Counted from the stretch's first letter, positions 30,829 to 41,169 are shown. The stretch: DNA of 64,000 nucleotides from Planctomycetota bacterium (GCA_965223265.1 OZ244999.1:3520001-3584000), one strand, 5' to 3'. Numbers and translations are program-made. Notes: generated by a model from the letters alone, not told the origin.

Positions 30829-31715
30829 GACGCTTTCCCATCGTGCGGGAACATCTGGTTGAGACGCACGAAGGTCTCAACCGTAGCCTGCGGATCGTTG
30901 TGTTCGCATTCGTACATGACCGCCTTGAGACGCGGCGCGCGCGGAACCACATACTCGACGATAGCCCACGTGTCTGGGTGGACTTCGGCTCTGTGGTCAT
31001 CGTCGATGTAGCGATACCCATCGGGAGTCTCCGCCTCGCCACCTCCAGCGACGTGGAGCTCGACGACACGATCGAGCGGCTGGCTGTCGAGCCCTGAGCA
31101 CGGGTCGAGTCCGCGTGCGCGCTGAAAAATCGCCAGGTGCGCCGCGTCGAGCAAGAGCCCACATCCGGCACGTTCGCTCACTTCCGTAAAGTAGTCGAGA
31201 ACGTGCAGATCGCCTAGAAAGTAAAGTGAGGGTGGGTTTTCCGGAAAGACAGGCAGCCCTGTCTTCTCCTGAAGGAGAGCGATACTCTCAGCCGTCTGAG
31301 CTGCTGACTCGCGTGTCAACACTGGCGGCAGCAAGAGACCGTGACCGCGGTCGCGCGGCCCAAAGTGCCACATGCCGGAATCTCCACAGAGCCACGGCGA
31401 CCCAACACGTCGAGCGAACGCCGCGGTCTCGTCGATCCAGCGATCATCCATGTCTTCGAGTTCTTCGAAGTTGACGTCGAGGAAGTGATAAGTCACCGCG
31501 CCACCAGAATCGGCCCACCTCAAGATCGAAGAGTCGAGTCCACGATCGGTGTCGGTGCCGAACTCGACGACGTGGATCAAGTCCGGGTACTGCTCGCGAA
31601 ACGTCGATGGGTCGATCGACGGGCGCACTCCGTACTCGCCGCTGATGCCGACGCCGAGATAGGGCAGCTTGTCAAGCTCTGCCGCGATCGAAGAATTCCA
31701 AGCCATAACGGACAC
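30825..31715 (-). CDS. DUF692 / multinuclear non-heme iron oxidative enzyme (MNIO) family protein
   Basis: LGVG start, LLPP, PENPP, CGLLLD, ELHVAGG, DDH, DTW and YECE in DUF692 order. Confidence 0.85.
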   Translation of the reverse strand: MSVMAWNSSIAAELDKLPYLGVGISGEYGVRPSIDPSTFREQYPDLIHVVEFGTDTDRGLDSSILRWADSGGAVTYHFLDVNFEELEDMDDRWIDETAAFARRVGSPWLCGDSGMWHFGPRDRGHGLLLPPVLTRESAAQTAESIALLQEKTGLPVFPENPPSLYFLGDLHVLDYFTEVSERAGCGLLLDAAHLAIFQRARGLDPCSGLDSQPLDRVVELHVAGGGEAETPDGYRYIDDDHRAEVHPDTWAIVEYVVPRAPRLKAVMYECEHNDPQATVETFVRLNQMFPHDGKAS

Positions 31716-31760
31716 GCTCTGGTTTCAAGAATCCGCTCTGAAAAAAAGAGCGACGCGGAG

Positions 31761-33197
31761 CTATACGAGCTCGCTGATGACACCGCCGCTCGGGAGAACT
31801 CGGAAAGGCCGTCCCTGCGTGTCCGTGGTGTGCGCGGTTGGGTCGATGCCAAGATGGCGATACATCATCCAGACGACATCGTTCGGGTGCACCGGGCGAT
31901 CGTGCGGCTCTTCACCTTTCGAAGTTGACGACCCGATCACTTGCCCGACGCGCAAGCCTCCGCCAGCCATCAGGATACTCATCAACGCCCCCCAGTGATC
32001 GCGACCACCCGTCTTATTGATGCGTGGCGTGCGGCCGAATTCGCCCCAGACGACCAAAAGCACTTCTTCGTCCAACCCACGCTCGTAGATGTCAGTGACC
32101 AGTGCCGACACCATTTGATCGAGCGGCGTACCATGAAGATCCATGCCGCGCGATGGACCCTGGGAGCCGTCGGCGGGGCGCTTGTCATTGACGATATTGA
32201 GGTGCCAGTCCCAGCACAGGCAATCCGGCGCCGTGTTGATCGTCACGAACGTCGTTCCCGCTTCGACGAGTCGGCGTGCGAGAAGCGCCATCTGTCCCCA
32301 GCGGTGCTCTCCGTAACGTCGCCGTACGCTCTTTGGTTCTTGAGTGAGATCGAAGGCGCTGCGCGCCTCACCGCTGACGATCATGTCGAGGGCAGCCGAA
32401 TGGAATTCATCCTGTCCGGCGAGCGTTCGGGCGGTGTCGGCGAGCCGCGACATACGGTCGAGTCCGCGAAGGAGCTGCCGCCTGTGCGTCATGCGTTCAA
32501 GCGTGATGTCCGTGGCGAGCTCCAAGTTGGTCGTCGCGTCGACGACTTTCTGCGCTTGGAACTCATTCTCGTAGGGGCTTTGGAAAACGGTGAACGGGGA
32601 GTGGGCAACGCCGAGGTAGCCTGACCCCATGACGTCTGCGAAACTCAGATTGCGCTCTTGTTCGTGAGAGAGCTGGACGTAGGCCGGTAAGCCGGGATGA
32701 TTCGGGCCGCGCAAAAACGAGGCATTTGAACCAACAGATGGATGCGCGACGACCTGGTCTTCGTAGCCGGTGGCGCACCAGAGGCTACCGGTGTGATGGT
32801 TATTGGTTGAATGGCTGACCGTCCGGATGATGGCGGCGCGGTCAACAACCTGTGCCGTGCGCTGCATGTGCTCGCTGAAGAGCACGCCGGGAAACTTGGT
32901 CTCCACGACACCGTAGGGGCCGCGAAACTCGCGTGGTGCGTCGGGCTTCGGGTCGAACGTTTCGAACTGGCTTGGACCGCCGCCAAGCCAGACTTGAATG
33001 ACAGCCCGGCGTGGCCGTGCGGCTCTACTCTGAGGCGAGCTCGCTGCCTGCAAACGCAGGAGGTCTGCGAGGCTGACGCCAAGTCCGCCAGCGAGCAGCG
33101 AGCAGCTCAGAAACCGTCGCCGACTCAGGTCGCCGCGGCGGGGCTCGCACGTAGCGTCGTGTGAGGCTGAATTCGCCCGGGTGGGAGGTTTCTGCAT
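31761..33197 (-). CDS. DUF1501 domain protein
   Basis: LSRRRFL, GGPSQFETFDPKP, LLARRLVEAG, GEFGRTP, GRDHW. Confidence 0.95.
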   Translation of the reverse strand: MQKPPTRANSASHDATCEPRRGDLSRRRFLSCSLLAGGLGVSLADLLRLQAASSPQSRAARPRRAVIQVWLGGGPSQFETFDPKPDAPREFRGPYGVVETKFPGVLFSEHMQRTAQVVDRAAIIRTVSHSTNNHHTGSLWCATGYEDQVVAHPSVGSNASFLRGPNHPGLPAYVQLSHEQERNLSFADVMGSGYLGVAHSPFTVFQSPYENEFQAQKVVDATTNLELATDITLERMTHRRQLLRGLDRMSRLADTARTLAGQDEFHSAALDMIVSGEARSAFDLTQEPKSVRRRYGEHRWGQMALLARRLVEAGTTFVTINTAPDCLCWDWHLNIVNDKRPADGSQGPSRGMDLHGTPLDQMVSALVTDIYERGLDEEVLLVVWGEFGRTPRINKTGGRDHWGALMSILMAGGGLRVGQVIGSSTSKGEEPHDRPVHPNDVVWMMYRHLGIDPTAHTTDTQGRPFRVLPSGGVISELV

Positions 33198-33441
33198 GCG
33201 GCAGAGTCTCGCTGTCGAAGCCGTCTGAGTCTAAAAAACCGGCCGCACCAGCGCGGCCCATCATACGCACTTCAAATTTTACGAAAAACCACCGAATGCC
33301 GTCAATGCGTTCGGCGAGGTTCGCCGGTCAGTGCTGACGCGTTCGGACAATTGCGGAGGGCGTTGCTCGTGAGTTTGGCGCAACTGTCGCCTCCTCGGAG
33401 AGGCCGCGAACTTTTTACATCGTGGCGTCGTGCCTCAGGGA

Positions 33442-33543
33442 CACGTCCGGAACGGCACACAGGAGTGTGCCTGCGACTATAGGGGACGTCGCCAACACGA
33501 TCTTGAAAGTAGCAGGCACACGCCGTGTGCCGTTCCGGACGTG
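33442..33543. repeat. REP doublet (REPIN-like), same family as 1078-1184
   Basis: CACGTCCGGAACGGCACAC..GTGTGCCTGCGAC and GTAGCAGGCACACGCCGTGTGCCGTTCCGGACGTG arms; shared spacer CGCCAACACG. Confidence 0.9.
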
Positions 33544-33704
33544 AGCGCGAGTTACGCCGGCATGCTCAAAACTGCACAGCCTCGGAGTGTGCTCCGCGCA
33601 GACGTTGACTTCTCGGTGCTTGTACGGTCGAATCGTCGCGGTTGAGCCACGACAAAAAATCAAAAAACGCCTTCGCACAACCTCTGACGTTTTGAAGCGT
33701 CGAA

Positions 33705-34421
33705 ATGTCAAAAACGCTCATCGAAATCTCACGCCATCTGACGAAGGACCTGAAGCCGCTGCGTTTCAAGGCGCCAATCACTCACATCTACAACCCACTC
33801 GACTACGCGCGAGCGCCGCACGAGGAATATTTGAAGCGCTATGCACGCCGCGGTCGGACCGCAGTGCTTCTCGGCATGAACCCTGGCCCTTTCGGCATGG
33901 CGCAGACGGGCGTGCCGTTTGGTGAGGTCGGCTCGGTGCGAGATTGGCTCCGCATCGAAAAGCCGGTGAAGAGACCACGGAACGAACACCCGAAGCGGCC
34001 GGTGCGCGGTTTTGACTGCAGCCGCAGCGAAGTGAGTGGAGCGCGGCTATGGGGCTGGGCACGCGAGCGGTTTGAGTCGCCGAAGAAGTTCTTCGAGCAG
34101 TTCTTCATCGTCAACTACTGCCCGCTGGTGTTCATGGAAGAGTCGGGAAAGAACGTCACCCCCGACAAGTGCCGACGCGAGGAGCGCGAACGTCTCTACG
34201 CCGTCTGCGACGAGGCGCTGCGGCGAACGATCGAGTACCTGCGACCGCAGTACGTCATCGGCATCGGCAACTTCGCCGCCACGCGCGCTCAGGAGGCTTT
34301 GGAGGGACTCCCGATCAAGCTCGGTAAGATGCTCCACCCGAGCCCGCAAAGCCCCGCGGCCAACCGCGGCTGGGCGGAGGCGGCGGAGTGCCAGCTACGC
34401 GAGCTCGGGGTGCTGTCGTAA
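33705..34421 (+). CDS. SMUG1-type (family 3) uracil-DNA glycosylase
   Basis: IYNPLDYA, GMNPGPFGMAQTGVPFG, SEVSG, NYCPL, HPSP. Confidence 0.93.
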   Translation: MSKTLIEISRHLTKDLKPLRFKAPITHIYNPLDYARAPHEEYLKRYARRGRTAVLLGMNPGPFGMAQTGVPFGEVGSVRDWLRIEKPVKRPRNEHPKRPVRGFDCSRSEVSGARLWGWARERFESPKKFFEQFFIVNYCPLVFMEESGKNVTPDKCRREERERLYAVCDEALRRTIEYLRPQYVIGIGNFAATRAQEALEGLPIKLGKMLHPSPQSPAANRGWAEAAECQLRELGVLS

Positions 34422-34625
34422 TTGTGCGTGCTGACAAAGACCTGCGTCACTCGAAGTCGAACCTGTCGCGGAGCTCGGTCAGTCATGGTTCGATCAGCAC
34501 AGCTGCGATCAGCGCGGTCCGATCAACCGCGGCGTAGCTTGTCGAAATGGGGCGAGCCTGGCATCCGAACGCGGTTCCAAGACGCTCTGACGGCGGACAC
34601 ATGGAACCTCGAATTAGAAAGGAAG

Positions 34626-35609
34626 CTAGCGTCTGCAAGGAAACAGGCGCAAGGCGCTCACTCGGTCTTCGGCAGGAGCCGAAGTTGGGTCGAACCCGAA
34701 CTGGCTGTCGACGACGAGAAGACGCCCTTGGACGAACGCCGCCGTCGTGAACGTCCGATCCTCAGGGGTCTGGCGGATAGCGATGAGGCGAGCTCTCGAC
34801 AGGTCTCGGTTGACGACGAACACACTGATCTGGCGTCTAAAGTTCTGCACGACCCAAAGAACACCACCCACGAGGACAATCCCGTCCGCGTTGTTGATGC
34901 GCACTCCGCCCAGATCTACTTCAGCGATCTCTTTGGTGGAGACGTCGATCCGCCAGAGTTGGCCCGTCGTCCCCTGGCTCGTCAGAATGAATCGACCGCC
35001 GCGAGCAACGACGATTCCGCCGAGATCGAAATCTGTGAGCTCTGGAGTGAATTCGATCGTGCCACTCACATCGAGAAACTCGCCTATTGACCATGTGCCA
35101 GCGCCGTGTTGAGTGACTTGCCAAATGATCGGGAGCGACGAGTCCGTGACGAAAGCCGTGCCGTCGGGGGCGATCCAAACATCGTTCAAAAACGAGTCGG
35201 CTTCACCTGTGTCAACGGTGGCAAGTAGCTGAGCTTCACGATCGAAGATTCGAAGCGTTCCGGTTGGTCCACCGGCAACGAATACGCGCCCCTGCGAATC
35301 CACATCGATACCTCGCCCCGTCGTGCCGTTGTCGTCGAACCACAGCTCCAAGTCTTCACTACCGACCCGGCCTCGATAGATATCGCCGCCGTCGTTGACG
35401 CCCGACACATAGAAGACCTGCGTCTCGCGATCGACGCCGATTCCCTCCAGAAGCAGACCTTCTGTCGGCAAGTCAAAACCTTGCATGGCACATTGATTCC
35501 CGTGACCACTCTCTTGCGACCTGAGAGGCAAAAGCGCTAAGGCGAACACAGTGGCGGCAGTGAGACCGAGAACAACACCCGGCATGTGTAGTCGACGAAG
35601 ATCGAGCAT
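34626..35609 (-). CDS. SMP-30/gluconolactonase-like beta-propeller protein, secreted
   Basis: EGI, FLNDV..DGTAFVTDS, NADGI, VVDSQF. Confidence 0.8.
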   Translation of the reverse strand: MLDLRRLHMPGVVLGLTAATVFALALLPLRSQESGHGNQCAMQGFDLPTEGLLLEGIGVDRETQVFYVSGVNDGGDIYRGRVGSEDLELWFDDNGTTGRGIDVDSQGRVFVAGGPTGTLRIFDREAQLLATVDTGEADSFLNDVWIAPDGTAFVTDSSLPIIWQVTQHGAGTWSIGEFLDVSGTIEFTPELTDFDLGGIVVARGGRFILTSQGTTGQLWRIDVSTKEIAEVDLGGVRINNADGIVLVGGVLWVVQNFRRQISVFVVNRDLSRARLIAIRQTPEDRTFTTAAFVQGRLLVVDSQFGFDPTSAPAEDRVSALRLFPCRR

Positions 35610-35657
35610 TTCTCTTTACCTTTTGAGTTGTGTTGAAGGTATCTAAACCAGCCTTAA

Positions 35658-36446
35658 CTACCGCCCCTCGAGCGCACCGCGTAGCGCCTCGCCGTTCTCG
35701 CGCCACCATCGATGCAGAATCATGATGTCCGTGCCGATGCAAAAGTGACGCACACCGAGATCCAGGTAGTACTTGGCCGCGTCCACGGATTCGATTTCGG
35801 CGCGCGGCGGAACCCCTGCTCGCAGGCAGGTTTCGATGACGCGTTTTTCAACTGCACGCGTCTCTGGCGTGAAGAGATCGCCGGGCTTGCCGACGTTGAG
35901 CGCGTAGTCGGCAGGTCCCCATTGAATCATGTCAACTCCATCGACAGCGAGGATCTCCTCCAGCTGCTCAACTGCCGTACGCTTCTCAATCATCAGCGCG
36001 ATCACGACGTCGTCGAGCGCCTGAGCGTATTCGGCGCGGCCGCCGTAGTCCATGTAACTCATGCGGCGGAGCGCGACGCCGTGAAGTCCGCCGGCCTCCG
36101 GGGTCGACGGTTTGGCGGCGCGTACGCACTCGCGTGCCTCCTCCGCAGTGTAGCAGTCGGCGAAAAGAACGCTCTGAAATCCCGCACCGATGCCACGCTG
36201 GGCCAGAAAACGCCTTGGCTCCTGATCGACCTTGATCATCGCCGCCAGATCGTGCAGTTCCACAGCGCGGCAAAAATTGTCGAGCGCGTAGAGATCGTAC
36301 GGGGCGTACTCCGCCACAAACTCGACGTAGTCAAACATCCCTGAATGACCAACCGCTTCGACCACTGACGGCCAGGTGCTGTGGAGATGCGTCCCCAGCG
36401 TCGGTTTGCCTGCTTGGAGAAGTTTGCGAAGTTTATTCTCACGCAT
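35658..36446 (-). CDS. HpcH/HpaI aldolase family protein
   Basis: NKLRKLL..PTLG, FDYVEFVAEY, LMIEK, GVDMIQWGPADY, IGTD. Confidence 0.9.
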   Translation of the reverse strand: MRENKLRKLLQAGKPTLGTHLHSTWPSVVEAVGHSGMFDYVEFVAEYAPYDLYALDNFCRAVELHDLAAMIKVDQEPRRFLAQRGIGAGFQSVLFADCYTAEEARECVRAAKPSTPEAGGLHGVALRRMSYMDYGGRAEYAQALDDVVIALMIEKRTAVEQLEEILAVDGVDMIQWGPADYALNVGKPGDLFTPETRAVEKRVIETCLRAGVPPRAEIESVDAAKYYLDLGVRHFCIGTDIMILHRWWRENGEALRGALEGR

Positions 36447-36576
36447 TCGTTCGTTCCTTGTGTTCGTTTGCGCAGTGTGCTTGAGGAGATAGCGGCACGC
36501 GTCTCCTTGTGCCGCAGCTAAGAAAGTGAACGGAAAGCCTGCAGAGTGCGCCTGCCATTCTGGCGCGCGTCCCGTC

Positions 36577-37941
36577 TCAAATGAGCTCGCGGATCGGCGC
36601 ACCGCTGGCCAGAATCGGCACCGGACGACCTCGGAAATCGAGGAGTGATTGACCCGGGTCAATGCCGAGGTGGCGATAGATCGTCGCAAGGAGGTCCTGG
36701 GGCGAGTAGGGCTGCGCAGTGGGGTACTCGGCCTTCGAGTTCGTCGCGCCGACGATCTGTCCCGTTTTCAGTCCGCCACCGGCGAGCAGCGCTGAGTATG
36801 CCTGCGGCCAGTGATCGCGACCAACGCCGTTCGCGTTGACCCTCAGTTTCGGCGTACGGCCGAACTCACCGACGACGACCACCATGATGCGGCGGTCGAG
36901 CCCGCTCGTATAGATGTCCTCGATCAGCGTGGCCAAGGCGCGGTCGAGGTAGGGGAGTCGCCGCTCCATATACTTGCCAAAGTGGCCTGGGCGACCAGCA
37001 TTGAGGATATGGTCGTCCCAGTTGGTGAACTCTTTGCCGCTTTCCGGCGTGTTCATGAAGAGGCTAATCACCGCGGTTCCCGCTTCAGCCAACCGCCGCG
37101 CCAGGAGGCACGCCTGTCCCCAACGATCGGGTCCGTATCTCTCACGTAGCCGTTCGTCTTCGCGATTCAAATCAAAAGCGTTCGCGGTCTTCGCGCTCGT
37201 GAGGATCTCGAATGCCAAGGAGCGGAACTCCTCCGTAGCGCTGCCTTGACCCGTCAGGTCGAGTTCGCTGCGCAAGCGGTCTAGGTCGCGAAGAAGGCTC
37301 CGGCGTCCGGCGAAACGAGGACCTGTTCCCGGTGCAAGCGCCAGCTGAGGCGGCCGATAGCTGCGTGCCGCCGGATTACCAACCGTCAATGGTGCGTGCT
37401 GAACGCCGAGGTATGTCGGGCGTGTGTAGCTTTGGCTCGGGATCGCCACATACTGTGGTAAACCCGTCTCTGCCACGCCGCGAGCGTGACTCGTGATCGA
37501 GCCGAAATCGGGGTGCGTGCTCTTAGAGCTCGAAGTCGGATCAAGAACGACCGGGCGCTTGCCCGTCAGCACGGTGATGGCGCCATCGCTGTGGATCGAC
37601 ACGTCGTGATGGAGCGATCGAACGATGGCGAACTTGTCAGCGATCTTCGCCTGCCGAGGAAAATGCTCACAAATGTCGATCCCCGAAACGTTCGTCGGGA
37701 TGGCGCGGAAGATGCTCCGATAGTCGCTCGGCGCCTCGGGCTTGAGGTCGTACGTCTCCAGCTGCGACGGACCACCGTGAAGATAGAGCAGGATGACGGA
37801 GGTGTCGTGGCGCGCATTCCCCGATGCAGCGCGTGCTTTCAGCACGTCTGCGAGCGTCAGACCACCGAACGCCAGAGCGCCGACGCGCAGGAATTCACGC
37901 CGTCCGAGCGGAGGGGTGTGAGTGATGTGAGGCTCGTGCAT
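36577..37941 (-). CDS. DUF1501 domain protein
   Basis: GRREFLRVG, GGPSQLETYDLKP, GEFGRTP, GRDHWP. Confidence 0.95.
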   Translation of the reverse strand: MHEPHITHTPPLGRREFLRVGALAFGGLTLADVLKARAASGNARHDTSVILLYLHGGPSQLETYDLKPEAPSDYRSIFRAIPTNVSGIDICEHFPRQAKIADKFAIVRSLHHDVSIHSDGAITVLTGKRPVVLDPTSSSKSTHPDFGSITSHARGVAETGLPQYVAIPSQSYTRPTYLGVQHAPLTVGNPAARSYRPPQLALAPGTGPRFAGRRSLLRDLDRLRSELDLTGQGSATEEFRSLAFEILTSAKTANAFDLNREDERLRERYGPDRWGQACLLARRLAEAGTAVISLFMNTPESGKEFTNWDDHILNAGRPGHFGKYMERRLPYLDRALATLIEDIYTSGLDRRIMVVVVGEFGRTPKLRVNANGVGRDHWPQAYSALLAGGGLKTGQIVGATNSKAEYPTAQPYSPQDLLATIYRHLGIDPGQSLLDFRGRPVPILASGAPIRELI

Positions 37942-38086
37942 CGAACGTCGTTCTCCGAGCAACTCGAGTGGCGTACAACGCCACTTTTTATACTCGAACG
38001 ACAGCTCCGATGCCAACGCTTCCGGCGAAACGACGGGACGTCATCTCGGCTCGAGCGTCGCGGACAAGAGCGGCGACGGACTCGGC

Positions 38087-38878
38087 CTAGTTCGCGTGCG
38101 TTTCCGTTGGTGCCAAGGTCGAGTGACCGCCTGTACTCCCGTCAGTTTCTTCCCAACCTTTGATCTGCACGTCGATCTCGAGCCCGCAGCGCTCACAAAG
38201 TGCGCCACCGAACAAGAGTAGCTGTCGTTTGTGGCAGCGGGGGCAGCTGAGTTGAATCTCTTCGGGCTTCTCAGGCGACGACTGCGTCGTTGCCGGCAAA
38301 GCGGACAGTTTGGAGACGACCGGAATTCCGAGCGTACCAAGAGCGATCAAAACCGACAGAACGCCGGCGACTCGAAAGAAGAACTCTTCGTCGAGTCCAC
38401 GGAGTTCCGTAATCAGCATGTACGAAAAGATCGCAGTAAGGACGAACGCCATCGCGATGACCGTGATACGCATCCACGCGTGCTTCGAGCTCAGGCGTGG
38501 CAGCGTCATAAGGCAGGAGTAACCGAACACCGCCGAAAGCATCCAGAGGATGCCGCAGCTCTTGCCGAACTCTTCACTGTCAAAGAAGTCGGTGAAGATT
38601 CCGACCGCAGTGACGAGAAACGCAATCGTCGAGAGCGCGATGCCCATCTTCGCAAAACGCTGCCAGACGGCGCGCTCGAGCGCGACTGCGCAGCCGAGTC
38701 CGGTGAGACAGAAGTACGCTGTTGACAATCCGAAAGACAAGATGCGCCACGTCATCTCGCCGAATTCAACACCGAGCAGCACGATCACCCCAAGCGCCGC
38801 TGTGATTCCGAGCGTCGTCAGGAGCGAGACGAGTAAGATCCTTGTCAGTCGAACTTTTTTGACATCGATCATGATCAC
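38087..38878 (-). CDS. Six-TM membrane protein with C-terminal zinc ribbon
   Basis: Six hydrophobic helices followed by CPRC..CERC. Confidence 0.75.
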   Translation of the reverse strand: MIMIDVKKVRLTRILLVSLLTTLGITAALGVIVLLGVEFGEMTWRILSFGLSTAYFCLTGLGCAVALERAVWQRFAKMGIALSTIAFLVTAVGIFTDFFDSEEFGKSCGILWMLSAVFGYSCLMTLPRLSSKHAWMRITVIAMAFVLTAIFSYMLITELRGLDEEFFFRVAGVLSVLIALGTLGIPVVSKLSALPATTQSSPEKPEEIQLSCPRCHKRQLLLFGGALCERCGLEIDVQIKGWEETDGSTGGHSTLAPTETHAN

Positions 38879-39051
38879 CTCGTCAAGCTCTCGCCTTCCG
38901 TCTGACCGCGGGGACAGTTTTTCATACCGCGGCGTTGTTTGCTATGCCACAAGTACAGGTCCTGCCTTCGAGCACGTCCCAACAAGAAGGAAGACGCCAG
39001 GAACGGCAGAAAACCACACTTCACCGGCAACGAAAAGCGCTGTGGCTTTTG

Positions 39052-39450
39052 TCACCACGAGAAGAGTCGGGGGGGAATTTCGCGCCGCAGGCGCCAATTT
39101 CCCAGAACGCGTTCAAATTCGAAGTAGTACATCTGCTCGCCGGCACTCGAGACGATCTCGACTCGTACGCTCGCCTTGGAGCCGGGGAAGAACCCGCGTG
39201 GGGTGAACGAAACCAGCTCAAAACTGCGGGCCTGTTCGATCTCAGAAGCCAGCGTTGACGTTGCCGAGGCGCCCTGCATCTTGGTTGCGATCAGATCGTT
39301 CTCGATATGCTTCTGAGCCAGAGCGGTGCCGTCTCGGATGAGCGTTGAGCGCAGGTGAAACTTGTACGCGCCGTACCCCGCGACGATCACGACGGCCAAA
39401 AGAATGCCGAACAGGCCCTTAGCCGAGTCGATTTTCATCTCCATCTTCAT
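39052..39450 (-). CDS. Small single-TM hypothetical protein
   Basis: Hydrophobic [16 protein letters not shown] followed by a soluble domain. Confidence 0.55.
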   Translation of the reverse strand: MKMEMKIDSAKGLFGILLAVVIVAGYGAYKFHLRSTLIRDGTALAQKHIENDLIATKMQGASATSTLASEIEQARSFELVSFTPRGFFPGSKASVRVEIVSSAGEQMYYFEFERVLGNWRLRREIPPRLFSW

Positions 39451-39604
39451 GCTAGGAGAGTACAACTCCTGCGGTGCGGCGCCAAGGGCCGGAAAAGTTA
39501 GAGCATGGGAGGTTGGATGCTGGCTCCCAACGTGGTCAAAACTCCATCGGGCGCCGCCAACTATCCGGCGGTGGCGGAAGTAGCTGCATTCGTACGGCCG
39601 CCGG

Positions 39605-40663
39605 TTACTTCAGCGTCTGTCGCCAGCGCTCGAACTCGGCCTGGCAATCCTCGGGGCTGATGAACTTTTTCCAGACGACGCGGGCGCGAAAGCCGTACTC
39701 CTGCTCGCTCTTGACCCGGTGGATCACGTACTGGAAATCCCAGGCTGGACGAGGAAAATTTCGCAGTTTGAACTTAAAGAGACTGAAACGAATTTGGTCA
39801 AGCTCGCTCACAGCGCGATCAAACATGATGAGATACACCATGTTGTTTGCCGCCCGACCGTAGTAAAACGGCGCCGTGAAGAACGGCCCATCGTAGCTCC
39901 AGGTGTTGAGGTTGAAGCTGACGTCATCGTCGTACTCAAGAGGCGCCGCATCGACGTGGCGATACGTGCCGCCTTGATTCCAGTGTCGATGCCCTCCGGG
40001 CGCGTCGGCCGCGATCCAGCGTTCCTCTTCGCCGGGCGCGTCCACGCCTCGAAAGTGAAGGGCCACGTCTTCGACGTCGTTCATGTAATTCGCAAAGAAA
40101 AAGACGGCGTAGCCTCGCGCGCCGAAAAGTTCCGGCTCGTGCACGCGGCAGCGGAACTCAAAGTCGATCGCGCTGGGCTCACGCAGTGTGTAAGTGAGAG
40201 TGCTGCTCACTCGCCACGGACTATCGGCAGCGTGGCGAACGAGCCGCGCAGAGGTGTCTGAAACTCGCTCGAGCCGGTACGGCCCGTGGCGCGGCGTGAA
40301 CTTATTGTGAGCGTTCAAGTGGCCCGAGATGATGTGCTCAAAGTTGAGGCCAGCCGATGCGCCCGGGGAATCTGGATCAAACGCATCGAACTCTGCCGCG
40401 CTTCTGTGGCGAAGCGACTGGATCCCGCTGAGGACGCGTGGCGATGTGCTGTTATCGCGAAAGACGACCTCCAGAGCACCGCGTTTCAAAATCACCTGCT
40501 GAACGACCTCGGGTTCAGCCGTCATCTCATCTTGCGCCGTGGACGCACCCGTAGGGTTCGCGTGGTCCTTCACGGCGCTCGTTTGGGAAACCTCCCGCCG
40601 GCACGAAGACAGCATCGCCCACGTCACCACCGCAATCACCAACACAGTACTCTGCCGTCTCAC
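39605..40663 (-). CDS. Hypothetical lipoprotein (beta-rich)
   Basis: Lipobox-like LSSC, GGAGG RBS, coupled to the thioesterase gene. Confidence 0.7.
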   Translation of the reverse strand: MRRQSTVLVIAVVTWAMLSSCRREVSQTSAVKDHANPTGASTAQDEMTAEPEVVQQVILKRGALEVVFRDNSTSPRVLSGIQSLRHRSAAEFDAFDPDSPGASAGLNFEHIISGHLNAHNKFTPRHGPYRLERVSDTSARLVRHAADSPWRVSSTLTYTLREPSAIDFEFRCRVHEPELFGARGYAVFFFANYMNDVEDVALHFRGVDAPGEEERWIAADAPGGHRHWNQGGTYRHVDAAPLEYDDDVSFNLNTWSYDGPFFTAPFYYGRAANNMVYLIMFDRAVSELDQIRFSLFKFKLRNFPRPAWDFQYVIHRVKSEQEYGFRARVVWKKFISPEDCQAEFERWRQTLK

Positions 40664-41082
40664 GGCGCCTCCCTGCGTTCGGAGGCGACGACTCGCGCCA
40701 AACGCTCTTGGACTTCCGGAGCAAAACGCCGCGGGCGGCCGGACTCGTCGACGCAGGCATGAACGGTGTGACCATCGGCAAGCACCGCGCCATCCCTTTC
40801 CCGCTGCACGCGATAGTCGAATCGAACGCGAACCCGCGTCGCCTCGGTGACAGTGGTTTCGATCTGCAGGTCGTCGTCGTAAAGCGCCGGTTGGCGCAGG
40901 CGCATTCCGGCTTCGATGACCGGAAGCCGAAGCCCGGACGTTTCAAACGCCGAGTATGCCACGCCCAGGTCGCGAATTAGCTCCGTACGACCGAGCTCGA
41001 AATAGACCAGGTAGTTGGCGTGATAAACCACTCCCATCTGATCGGTTTCGCCGTACCGCACCCGAGTGATGGTGACGTGCAT
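40660..41082 (-). CDS. Acyl-CoA thioesterase (YbgC/4HBT family)
   Basis: RVRYGETDQMGVVYHANYLVYFELGR. Confidence 0.93.
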   Translation of the reverse strand: MHVTITRVRYGETDQMGVVYHANYLVYFELGRTELIRDLGVAYSAFETSGLRLPVIEAGMRLRQPALYDDDLQIETTVTEATRVRVRFDYRVQRERDGAVLADGHTVHACVDESGRPRRFAPEVQERLARVVASERREAP

Positions 41083-41169
41083 CGCATTCGGCTCCTTGAC
41101 GCTTCAATGCGAAGTCGCGGCGTGCGCCGTAAAGACATTCGGCGCGGGGTACAAACCATGGTGCCGCGA

